Part shown: positions 18,598 to 26,550 of the stretch, piece by piece
Position numbering within the stretch: the stretch's first letter is position 1
How the letters are laid out: every line of letters starts with the position of its first letter
Source of the DNA: Fidelibacterota bacterium
GTDB taxonomy: Bacteria; Fidelibacterota; Marinisomatia; Marinisomatales; SCKK01
DNA length: 32,000 nucleotides
Direction of reading: 5' to 3'
Assembly (NCBI GenBank): GCA_004124475.1
Contig: SCKK01000008.1
Span: 8,075-40,074 of the forward strand
Notes under the pieces: model-generated
Told to the model about the DNA's origin: nothing
Database searches by the model: none
The model's input: the letters and a program-made list of their open reading frames with translations, nothing else
Program-made: the position numbers and the translations under genes

Positions 18598-19371
18598 ATG
18601 GATATTGCAACAATAATAGGAATTATCGTTGGTATTGGAGCCATTAGTGGTGGGATTATACTACTTACTCCGGATTTTGCCATGTTTGGCTCGATATCGA
18701 GTTTTGCTATTGTATTTGGAGGAATGATAGCCTCTGTCTCGGTTGCTTTCCCTTTAGCGGAAGTTCTAAAATTGGGTTCGGCAATGGGAGCTGTTTTTAA
18801 AGGCGGGGATCTGAAATTAGGTACTGTTGTAGATGATGTTGTAGAAGTTTCGGGTGTAGCTCGTAAAGGGGCTGTTGAGTTGGAGAAGTCAGTGAGTGAA
18901 ATTAAAAACCCATTTTTTAGGGATGGTGTACAAATGGTGGTTGATGGATACGGTGCAGATGAGATTATCGATATTCTCGAAACACGAATCTCATATCGTG
19001 AGGTAAGAGAACGATCTCAAGCGGGACTTTTCCAAACCATGGGTGTGATGGCACCAGCTTGGGGGATGATCGGGACACTCATTGGTTTGGTCGTCATGCT
19101 GTCAGGTTTTGGCGGTGGCGGCGGAGCGGATGCCCTCGGTTCCGGTATGTCTGCAGCCCTCATCACCACATTTTACGGAGCGGTCATGGCTAACCTGTTC
19201 TTTCTTCCTATGGCAGCCAAACTAAATTCAAGGCTTACACACACCAGTACATTACAGGCGATGATAGTGGAGGGAGCCCGCTTGATTCACCAGACGAAAC
19301 ATCCCCTGATTGTTCGTGAGAAATTAAACTCTTTTATTCCACCCAAGGAGTGGAAGAGAGAAGGGGAATAA
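18598..19371 (+). CDS. motA: MotA/PomA-type stator protein
   Basis: N-terminal 'MDIATIIGIIVGIGAI' resembles PomA; 'ILETRISYREVRERSQAGLFQTMGVMAPAWGMIGTLIGLV', 'LGSGMSAALITTFYGAVMANLFFLPMAAKL'. Confidence 0.93.
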   Translation: MDIATIIGIIVGIGAISGGIILLTPDFAMFGSISSFAIVFGGMIASVSVAFPLAEVLKLGSAMGAVFKGGDLKLGTVVDDVVEVSGVARKGAVELEKSVSEIKNPFFRDGVQMVVDGYGADEIIDILETRISYREVRERSQAGLFQTMGVMAPAWGMIGTLIGLVVMLSGFGGGGGADALGSGMSAALITTFYGAVMANLFFLPMAAKLNSRLTHTSTLQAMIVEGARLIHQTKHPLIVREKLNSFIPPKEWKREGE

Positions 19372-19374
19372 TCT

Positions 19375-20148
19375 TTGGCTAAAAAGCCGACACCTCCTCC
19401 CCCGGAAGTAGGTCTTCCAGGATGGTTCGCTACCTTTGCGGATATGATGACACTTCTTTTTGCGTTCTTTGTCCTGTTAGCTGCAATTTCTACTGTAGAT
19501 CCGGTGAAGTTACAACAGATGGCAGATTCCATGGGAAAATCGGTGGGAAAAAAATTGGAGATTGATAGCCAAGCTATGTCGCTCGGGGATATATACGAAG
19601 CATTGGAGGAAATGGTAGAGGAGATGGAACCAAGCCCCGAAACAGGAGAAAAACCCGTGGAAGTGAAGACGAGCACAAAAGGGGTAACTCTTGAGGTGTC
19701 ATCAGACATTAGTTTTGGTTCGGGGTCAGCGGAGCTGAAAGCGGCCATTCTTCCCACTCTAAAAAAATTAGTACCTTTTATTAACCGGTCTTATAATATG
19801 GTGGCAATCGAAGGACATACGGACAATGAACCGCTACCCGAAATATTTCATGATAAATTTCCCAGTAATTGGGAGTTATCCGGGGCAAGGGCTGCTGCTG
19901 TAGTCCGGGAATTTATAAGTTTGGGAGTAGATCCCACGAGGTTACAGTCGGTGGGTTATGCTGAATTTATTCCACGGGATGCGCCTACTGATCGCCTTAT
20001 CGACGAATCAATTATTCAAGAATTTAATTCCACACCTGGGAAAAAGGCGAAAAATAGGCGTGTGGGAATTACATTCCTTGCTACCAGTATAGACATACAA
20101 AAGAAAGAAGACTGGGATAAATCAAAAGAAGAATCCGGGAAAGAATAA
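19375..20148 (+). CDS. motB: MotB/PomB-type stator protein with OmpA peptidoglycan-binding domain
   Basis: 'PPPPEVGLPGWFATFADMMTLLFAFFVLLAAISTVDPVKLQQMADSMG' with the conserved ion-carrying Asp, OmpA-like 'IEGHTDNEPLP...NWELSGARAAAVVREF...NRRVGITF'. TTG start. Confidence 0.92.
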   Translation: MAKKPTPPPPEVGLPGWFATFADMMTLLFAFFVLLAAISTVDPVKLQQMADSMGKSVGKKLEIDSQAMSLGDIYEALEEMVEEMEPSPETGEKPVEVKTSTKGVTLEVSSDISFGSGSAELKAAILPTLKKLVPFINRSYNMVAIEGHTDNEPLPEIFHDKFPSNWELSGARAAAVVREFISLGVDPTRLQSVGYAEFIPRDAPTDRLIDESIIQEFNSTPGKKAKNRRVGITFLATSIDIQKKEDWDKSKEESGKE

Positions 20149-20170
20149 TTTTTTACAAGAAGGAGACATT

Positions 20171-21730
20171 ATGAGAAAACATCTTATACTAACTATCGCT
20201 CTGGCTGTAGGATCTTTATTCACGCTTACTCAGTCACAGGAAACATCCTATTTAGCTCAGAAGCTGATGTTGGAAAATGATTTGCGCAGCCGTATCAATG
20301 GAGCATTGGAAAAAATCTTGGATGATCATCGATATGTTTTAGATGTATCCGTAGAATTATCTCTTACCCCCACGGTTAAGGAAGAAGTCACATTCAGACC
20401 AATCACAAAAAAAGGTGCTGAACGGGGTAGGAAAAAACTATACGGGGAAGAAACAGGGCCTTTATTGGAAGCAGGCAGGGATCGCAAATCTCGCCTGACT
20501 GGAATTCCCATTCCGGGGTTTGATTTTCAGATTGAAGAAGAACCTGAAGTACCTACGGAAAGACTTTCAGAAATAAAAGAAGAGGAAGGGATGGAACAAG
20601 CTTTCCCCTCGCAAGCTCAAATAATGACCCAATCTTATACTGATATCACAGCTTCAAGACCCATCATTGAAAAATTGGAGATCAGTTGTATCCTGCCTGA
20701 GGGTTCTGCCCCTGAACTTATTGAGAACGTCCGTCAAATTATTATGGTGGCTTCACACTTTAATCGGAGCAGAGGTGATATGTTAAGCATCATGACCGCT
20801 TCATTCAGGGAGAGAAGAGACCAGCGAACGGCTGAGTCCATCATCTTAAGAAGTATTGCCGAAAAAATTGATAAGCTTGAGAGAGAAAAAGAAACCGGTG
20901 TGAGTGAAGAAAAGGCAGAAGTAGACTGGCAGGAGGAATTTCTTCAGTGGAAGGAAGAAGAAACCCGCCGTCGGGAGGATGATCGTGCAATGTTTCTTGC
21001 AGAATTGAAGAAATTGGAAGATGAGCGAGTACTCCGCAATTTGGAACGTGAAAAGAAAACCATTCTAAAAAGGGATTCTCTCAAGACTGAAGAGATTAAG
21101 GTATTAAAAGAATTACTTGCATCAGCTCAGCTATCAAAGACGGAAACCGAGGCAGTCCAAGAAGAAGTGGCAGTAAAGGAAAAGGAGATCGCCGATCTGG
21201 ATACTCTCAGGAAAAAGATGGAAGAGTTTGAAGCAGCGATGCTTCAGGACACTGAAAGTTGGGTAAGAGAATCTCGAGGAGGAATAGGTAATCTACCCAT
21301 TTATCTCATGAGCGCAATTTCGTTATTAGCTGTGATGGCGTTGGCAGCGGTGATTATTTTCAACGGGCGGAAGCCGAAGTATGTTATGCCCCCACCGTGG
21401 GCTATGCCTCGTCCTCCCAGGAAAAAAAAAGTATCTAAGAAGCCTATAGAGGAGCAGGATGAGGCAAAACCCGGACCGTTTGCGCCTGCACCAGTAGCAA
21501 CAGCCCCCCTTGGTCAGGAACCATCAGCTGTTGCTGGAGATCCTGCGGTATTGCAGTCTGAAATCAAGTCTGTCCGCCAGTCTATCGTATCTATGAGTGT
21601 TGGGCAACCACAGACTGCCACATCAATTGTGAAAGAGTGGCTTCAGGAAGAAGCTCCTCCTCCGCCTGAAGAACCGGCTGCAGCCCCAGAGGCGCCGGAA
21701 GAAGAGGAAGGCAAAAAGAAGAAAAAGTAG
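20171..21730 (+). CDS. FliF-like protein (FliF_C-like periplasmic region, TM helix, FliG-binding-like tail) lacking an evident YscJ/FliF N-terminal domain
   Basis: Signal peptide; 'INGALEKILDDHRYVLDVSVELSLTPTVKEEVTFRP'; 'ELIENVRQIIMVASHFNRSRGDMLSIMTASF' like FliF 'RGD' segment; TM 'IYLMSAISLLAVMALAAVIIFN'; tail 'SEIKSVRQSIVSMSVGQPQTATSIVKEWLQEE'. Confidence 0.7.
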   Translation: MRKHLILTIALAVGSLFTLTQSQETSYLAQKLMLENDLRSRINGALEKILDDHRYVLDVSVELSLTPTVKEEVTFRPITKKGAERGRKKLYGEETGPLLEAGRDRKSRLTGIPIPGFDFQIEEEPEVPTERLSEIKEEEGMEQAFPSQAQIMTQSYTDITASRPIIEKLEISCILPEGSAPELIENVRQIIMVASHFNRSRGDMLSIMTASFRERRDQRTAESIILRSIAEKIDKLEREKETGVSEEKAEVDWQEEFLQWKEEETRRREDDRAMFLAELKKLEDERVLRNLEREKKTILKRDSLKTEEIKVLKELLASAQLSKTETEAVQEEVAVKEKEIADLDTLRKKMEEFEAAMLQDTESWVRESRGGIGNLPIYLMSAISLLAVMALAAVIIFNGRKPKYVMPPPWAMPRPPRKKKVSKKPIEEQDEAKPGPFAPAPVATAPLGQEPSAVAGDPAVLQSEIKSVRQSIVSMSVGQPQTATSIVKEWLQEEAPPPPEEPAAAPEAPEEEEGKKKKK

Positions 21731-21739
21731 AGGCGTAGA

Positions 21740-22669
21740 ATGATTACAGATTATAATAGATTGTCAGGGTTGGATAAAGTAGCAATTCTTTTTTCTGTGT
21801 TAGGAGAAAGTTTAGCCATAACCCTGATTAAAGGTTTGCCAGAAACAGATGTTCGGAAGATTAGAGCACGAATTCGCGAAATGGGTACTGTTGTTTTTTC
21901 TGTTAAAAAGAAAGTAGTAGAAGAGTTCTATCTGGCATTAATTTCCAAGAAATTCCAGGATGACGGCAAAGGAGACACAAAACGTCCATTTGCTTTTCTG
22001 GATGAAATGGCAGATGAACAAATTATTGCTCTTTTAGAAATAGAGGAGCCCAGGATTGTTGCCATGACTTTAGCGCAGGTTTCTCCGGAGAGTCAAATGA
22101 AGGTAATAAACAAATTGGAACCTGATAAAAAAGGACGAGTCCTTATGGAAATGGGACGTCTTGACGATGTTTCATTGGAAGCTGTGGTGAATATCGCCTC
22201 AGAACTCGAAGAGAAGTCTCATTTTCTCCCCAGAGCTGTGGATTTTTCCAGGGGTGGTGGAAAGAGTATAGCCAAGATCTTAGGACAGATGAGTTCAGAT
22301 GAGGAAGAGAAGTATCTGGAAGCTATCAGTCGTGAATCACCCGAGCTGGCGGAAGAGGTGAAAAAATATCATTTAACCTTCGATAATATTTTGACATTCC
22401 CTGGGAATATTGTAAGGGATCTGATGAATTCTGTGGATTTGGATACAATTGCCATGGCTTTAAAGGGACAGTCGGAAGAAACGGTGAACGCGATACTCGA
22501 GAATCTCCCAAAAAAGAAACAGGCAATGTTTGAACCTATCGAGAGGGCAATTGCCAAGCGGGATGTGGATAAAGCCAAGAAGACCATTGTTGATGCAGCC
22601 CGCCAAATGGAAAAGGAGGGTCGTTTCAATCTTGAGGATATTTTAGGTGGCGGTGAAATGGTGGAATGA
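21740..22669 (+). CDS. FliG-like protein
   Basis: 'LSGLDKVAILFSVLGESLAITLIKGLPETDVRKIRARI' (FliG_N-like), 'LLEIEEPRIVAMTLAQVSPESQMKVINKL' (FliG_M-like), 'LTFDNILTFPGNIVRDLMNSVDLDTIAMALKGQSEETVNAILENLPKKKQAMF' (FliG_C-like). Confidence 0.82.
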   Translation: MITDYNRLSGLDKVAILFSVLGESLAITLIKGLPETDVRKIRARIREMGTVVFSVKKKVVEEFYLALISKKFQDDGKGDTKRPFAFLDEMADEQIIALLEIEEPRIVAMTLAQVSPESQMKVINKLEPDKKGRVLMEMGRLDDVSLEAVVNIASELEEKSHFLPRAVDFSRGGGKSIAKILGQMSSDEEEKYLEAISRESPELAEEVKKYHLTFDNILTFPGNIVRDLMNSVDLDTIAMALKGQSEETVNAILENLPKKKQAMFEPIERAIAKRDVDKAKKTIVDAARQMEKEGRFNLEDILGGGEMVE

Positions 22670-22700
22670 TTTCCCAACCTTTGAATGAGTTTAATCGAAG

Positions 22701-22735
22701 AAGCCTTCCCTGAGCAATATTGGGAAGGCTTTTTC
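22701..22735 (+). terminator. Intrinsic terminator of the motor-like operon
   Basis: AAGCCTTCCC-N11-GGGAAGGCTT followed by a T-run, 31 nt after the FliG-like stop. Confidence 0.85.
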
Positions 22736-22790
22736 TCCTGTAAATAGCATTGAGCATGGAACCAAGCACCCCGACACTTCGTGTACCTGC

Positions 22791-22826
22791 CCGTCCGGCA
22801 GGCCGGGCGGGATTTCCCTGCCTGGT
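22791..22826. repeat. GC-rich hairpin repeat CCTGCCCGTCCGGCAGGCCGGGCGGG
   Basis: Self-complementary CCTGCC/GGCAGG and CCCG/CGGG segments; GTACCTGCCCG recurs inverted at about 4233-4243. Confidence 0.65.
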
Positions 22827-23008
22827 CGGCAGACAGGGAGCAGGGAAAATGCAGCAAGTATTAAGTAACAATTTTCAAGTTTCCCTGAACGGTCGTTCCG
22901 AAGGAGTGTCTACGACAAAAGCTTCCTATTGGGCTGCCAAGTTTCATCCTGAAGTTTCGGGACTACAGGGCAGGTTGCTTCGTATATTTTAACCTGAATG
23001 GAGAAAAA

Positions 23009-23800
23009 ATGAAAAATACATTTGTTAGCTCACAGAGTTATGTCCATCCGAAGGATCCTGCGGACAGGACCTTTCGGATGGACAGGATCTTTATGATCTA
23101 TTTGGGTCTAATGTCAGCAAGTACGTTATTTGCTGGAAAGTGGGAATATTCCATTAATGGAGCATTAAAAACCCAAACCGGTAATACTGATGTGTCATCT
23201 TTTTCTGTTGCTCTGTCGAGTCAACATGAGGGTGATTTTACTATAGGTTCATGGACTCTAAAAGATGCGGAAATTAAGTTTTCCATTAGTCACAGTAGGG
23301 GGAAATTAAAAGATGTGTTGTATGAGAATGATGGAAACGCCAGTTTCCTATTGAATTACCATGCCAATCAAAAGTTTTCCCCATTTTTCCATTTCTATTT
23401 TGAGTTTGATTCAACAGCATCTCTTGAAAACAGGACACAGATGGGCTTTGGGGCTAAATATAGTATTACAAAACCGTTTTCAATCAGTATCCTAGGTCTG
23501 TGGGAATTGGAAGATTATGTGGGTGAAGATCAAGCAAGTCAATTACGGTGGTCAATCCGACCAAAATATAAAAAGAGTTTTAATTCGGGTGTATCAGTAA
23601 GCTACGTTGCTTTCTATAAACCGTTGCAACGTGATTTTAATAATTATCTTTTGGAACACTATGCGACAGTATCTTTAGCCACAAAAATATCCTGGTTAAG
23701 TGTTAATGTAACTTTGGAGGATAAATTCAACTCTCGACCACCTGCCGATACAAAGAAAAAAGACGTGGATGTAACCGTTGGCATAACCTTAACATTTTAA
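23009..23800 (+). CDS. DUF481-like outer-membrane protein
   Basis: 'GKWEYSINGALKTQTGNTDVSSFSVALSSQHEGDF..' and C-terminal 'DVDVTVGITLTF'. True start may be ATG 23078, as the first 23 codons span an inverted repeat. Confidence 0.65.
   Translation: MKNTFVSSQSYVHPKDPADRTFRMDRIFMIYLGLMSASTLFAGKWEYSINGALKTQTGNTDVSSFSVALSSQHEGDFTIGSWTLKDAEIKFSISHSRGKLKDVLYENDGNASFLLNYHANQKFSPFFHFYFEFDSTASLENRTQMGFGAKYSITKPFSISILGLWELEDYVGEDQASQLRWSIRPKYKKSFNSGVSVSYVAFYKPLQRDFNNYLLEHYATVSLATKISWLSVNVTLEDKFNSRPPADTKKKDVDVTVGITLTF
23042..23083. repeat. Long near-perfect inverted repeat GTCCATCCGAAGG...CCTTTCGGATGGAC
   Basis: 13/14-nt arms with inner TCCTG/CAGGA pairing; word ATCCGAAGGATCCT also occurs at 14547-14560. 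Confidence 0.85.
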
Positions 23801-23848
23801 TTATTTGTTAACCTGGTAAAGGGTCACACATATTTTAAGGAGAGAAGG

Positions 23849-25264
23849 ATGGAGAAGGAAATTCATCAGCTTAACAAAGCAGGGACCACATTCCGCACGA
23901 TTATTGAGCCGTTTAAAATCAAAACGGTAGAACCTCTCTGGATGACAACAGCGGAAGAGCGACAGAAGATTTTAAAGAATGTACACTACAACGTCTTTTT
24001 GATACAGGCTCAGGACGTCATCATCGATCTGCTCACAGACAGCGGCACCAGCGCTATGAGTTCGGAACAGTGGGCGGGCGTCATGCGTGGGGATGAAGCG
24101 TATGCCGGAAGTCGGAGTTATCAGAGATTTGAAGCCGTTGTCCATGAAATCTTTGGATTTAAGCATATCATCCCAACTCATCAGGGAAGAGCTGCGGAGA
24201 GAATCCTCTTTTCTGTGATGTGTAAAGAGGGAGACATCGTGCCAAACAACACCCATTTTGATACAACCCGGGCTAACGTGGAATTCCGGGGAGCCATAGC
24301 CGTAGACCTCCTCATCGATGAGGGGAAAGATACACAGAGCAAATACCCGTTTAAGGGAAACATGGATCTGGAAAAACTGAAAGCTCTTATCGATAAAGAA
24401 GGTGCCAAGAAAATCCCGCTATGTATGATTACCGTTACGAATAATTCCAGTGGTGGGCAGCCCGTGTCCATGACGAATATTAGGGCAGTTAAAAAGATTT
24501 TAGATGAGTATGGAGTTCCATTGTATTTAGATGCCTGTAGATTTGCAGAGAACGCTTATTTTATTAAACTTCGGGAAGATGGATATGAGAAAAAGTCTGT
24601 GGAAGAAATTGTTAAGGAAATGATGGGTTATGCTGATGGGTGCACCATGAGCGCCAAGAAAGATGGATTGACGAACATCGGCGGGTTTCTCTGCACAAAT
24701 GATGACATTCTTGCCCAACAGGAGCGGGATCTATTGATCATTTCTGAGGGATTCCCAACCTATGGAGGATTAGCCGGCAGAGATCTGGAAGCTATTGCCA
24801 TTGGACTGAAGGAAGTGCTTCACGAGGATTATCTGCTCTACCGGCTTGCTGAGACGCAGTACCTTGGTGAGCATCTGGATGAGATTGGATTCCCCATAGT
24901 TCAGCCGCCGGGAGGCCACGCTATTTACATCGATGCCAAAACCATGCTGCCGCATATTCCAGCAAGCCAGTATCCGGGACAGGCGTTGGTGGTTGAATTA
25001 TATCAGGTTGGAGGCATTCGTGCAGTTGAGATCGGATCGATTATGTTTGGGAAGGTAGATGAGGATACGGGGGAGGAAATTCCTGCAGAAATGGAGCTGG
25101 TCAGGTTGGCAATCCCGAGAAGGGTTTACACTCAAAGTCATATCGATTATGTAATTGAAGCCTGCAAGCGCGTTTGGGAAAATCGAGATGCGCTCAGGGG
25201 ATATAAAATTGTGGAGCAGGCAAAATTCCTGAGGCACTTTACAGCGAAGTTTGAGCCGGTTTAA
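23849..25264 (+). CDS. tnaA: Tryptophanase/beta-eliminating lyase
   Basis: 'IDLLTDSGTSAMSSEQWAGVMRGDEAYAGSRSY', 'PTHQGRAAERIL', 'TMSAKKDGLTNIGGFLC', 'SQYPGQALVVELYQVGGIRAVEIGS'; C-terminus nearer tryptophanase than tyrosine phenol-lyase. Confidence 0.9.
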   Translation: MEKEIHQLNKAGTTFRTIIEPFKIKTVEPLWMTTAEERQKILKNVHYNVFLIQAQDVIIDLLTDSGTSAMSSEQWAGVMRGDEAYAGSRSYQRFEAVVHEIFGFKHIIPTHQGRAAERILFSVMCKEGDIVPNNTHFDTTRANVEFRGAIAVDLLIDEGKDTQSKYPFKGNMDLEKLKALIDKEGAKKIPLCMITVTNNSSGGQPVSMTNIRAVKKILDEYGVPLYLDACRFAENAYFIKLREDGYEKKSVEEIVKEMMGYADGCTMSAKKDGLTNIGGFLCTNDDILAQQERDLLIISEGFPTYGGLAGRDLEAIAIGLKEVLHEDYLLYRLAETQYLGEHLDEIGFPIVQPPGGHAIYIDAKTMLPHIPASQYPGQALVVELYQVGGIRAVEIGSIMFGKVDEDTGEEIPAEMELVRLAIPRRVYTQSHIDYVIEACKRVWENRDALRGYKIVEQAKFLRHFTAKFEPV

Positions 25265-25274
25265 CAAAAAGGAA

Positions 25275-25290
25275 AAAGATGTCATCTTTT
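25275..25290. repeat. AAAGATGTCATCTTTT palindromic repeat copy
   Basis: Matches the half-unit of the 34-nt palindrome after the transposase gene (28381-28414). Confidence 0.8.
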
Positions 25291-25300
25291 ATTGGAAGCC

Positions 25301-25426
25301 AAAACACCCCACGACCATGAAGTCCTCCAACGGCAGATTGATGCCACGGACAAGCAGATAGATCGGTTGGTGTATGAGCTGTATGAGTTGACGGAGGAGG
25401 AGATTGGGATTGTGGAAGGGAAATAG
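25301..25426 (+). pseudogene. Remnant of a restriction/methyltransferase-type C-terminal tail, copy 1
   Basis: Encodes 'VLQRQIDATDKQIDRLVYELYELTEEEIGIVEGK*' with no upstream gene body. Confidence 0.7.
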
Positions 25427-25427
25427 C

Positions 25428-25541
25428 TTGCCAGATATAATTACAAATGTTCTAGTTGCAATCATTGTCGGATTAGTCTTGGCTTATGTAAGGTATTGCT
25501 TTGGTATTAGAAAATTTTGGTTTGAAATGAAAAATTTTTAG
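25428..25541 (+). CDS. Possible small single-TM protein (37 aa)
   Basis: TTG-started frame 'LPDIITNVLVAIIVGLVLAYVRYCFGIRKFWFEMKNF*' read by hand; below the ORF track cutoff. Confidence 0.35.
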   Translation: MPDIITNVLVAIIVGLVLAYVRYCFGIRKFWFEMKNF

Positions 25542-25604
25542 CAAAATAAGGAAATAAAAAGAATTGATGGATTGTTGAAAATCCAAAAAGTTCGGGAGTT
25601 TGAT

Positions 25605-26393
25605 ATGTTTGAAAATTATGTTGAAGAACAAAAGGAACTTTTACCTTTTGTTAAAAAACAGTATAACATGTTCCCAAAGTTACAATTGCCCAGTTTCTAT
25701 GAGAGTGGAAATAATTTCATTGAAAGTAGGATAAGAAACAATACAACAAAATGGTGGAGAGAAATTGAGAATTGCGTAGAAGAAATATGTTATGCTTACT
25801 GTTTCTTTAAAGAATATATTTGCCTGAAAGACACATATCATGAAGATGTAGAATCTGATTCATTTAACCGGGCTTATGAAATTCTTCTCTTCGAAATACC
25901 ATTTTGGACAAACAACCTCTTAAGTAGGTTATATTCTTTCAGGGAAAAAATAGCGCACTTAATTTTCTTTTTGAATGACGGTGTGTTGAGGATTGGGAGA
26001 AAAAATAAGAAATATAGGATGCGTGATATTTCATTTAGCAACATTCATCAATCAATTAGAGATTTTTCGCAAAAGGACAAATTGCCAGTTTGGCTTTCTT
26101 ATAATGATAAGGAAGTTATGTTGAAGGCACTTAAAGAATTTGGGTCCGAAGAAGTTAAAAATCTATTGGATATCCGCCACGCATTCATTCATAATTCTTC
26201 ACCGGCTATTGACACAACTGGGACAGGACTATTGCTATTTGGCGGAGAAATGAATGGGGATGGTAATTTCTCAGTAGAAATCGAACGGCCTCCTAATTAT
26301 GATTACCAAACGATAGAAAGTGAATTCTTGAAAATTTGGGAAATATTTAAAGAGAACACGATAAAGATTTCAAGGTTAGAATTTTTTCAGTAA
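25605..26393 (+). CDS. HEPN-like hypothetical protein
   Basis: All-helical composition with 'LLDIRHAFIHNSSP' containing an R-x4-H motif; ATG 25605 plausible start (track 25572). Confidence 0.5.
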   Translation: MFENYVEEQKELLPFVKKQYNMFPKLQLPSFYESGNNFIESRIRNNTTKWWREIENCVEEICYAYCFFKEYICLKDTYHEDVESDSFNRAYEILLFEIPFWTNNLLSRLYSFREKIAHLIFFLNDGVLRIGRKNKKYRMRDISFSNIHQSIRDFSQKDKLPVWLSYNDKEVMLKALKEFGSEEVKNLLDIRHAFIHNSSPAIDTTGTGLLLFGGEMNGDGNFSVEIERPPNYDYQTIESEFLKIWEIFKENTIKISRLEFFQ

Positions 26394-26420
26394 AATATCG
26401 TAAGCTATCTTGTTTCGACT

Positions 26421-26536
26421 AAAACACCCCACGAACGTGAAGTCCTACAGCGGCAGATTGACCGGTTGGTGCCTGTCCGCCTACTGGCGGATATGAGTTG
26501 TATGAGTTGACGAAGGAGGAAGTTGGGATTGTGAAG
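26421..26536 (+). pseudogene. Restriction/methyltransferase C-terminal tail remnant, copy 2, interrupted by a GC-rich hairpin
   Basis: 'aaaacaccccacgaacgtgaagtcctacagcggcagattga' nearly identical to copy 1 at 25301; CCTGTCCGCCTACTGGCGGA inserted where copies 1 and 3 read through. Confidence 0.65.
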
Positions 26537-26550
26537 AGGGGAAGGAAGAT

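Noticed and set aside
15093-22669. Ordinary flagellar operon
   Set aside because: Only MotA/MotB, a reduced FliF-like and a FliG-like protein are present; no FliE, FliH, FliI, FliM, FliN, FlhA/B, rod, hook or flagellin genes are visible, and a terminator follows the FliG-like gene. A flagellar locus elsewhere in the genome cannot be excluded.
22369-22992. Overlapping ORFs at the end of the FliG-like gene and in the following intergenic region
   Set aside because: Run antisense to the FliG-like gene or through the terminator and GC-rich repeats; sequences such as 'RPAGRAGFPCLVGRQGAGK' derive from repeat DNA.
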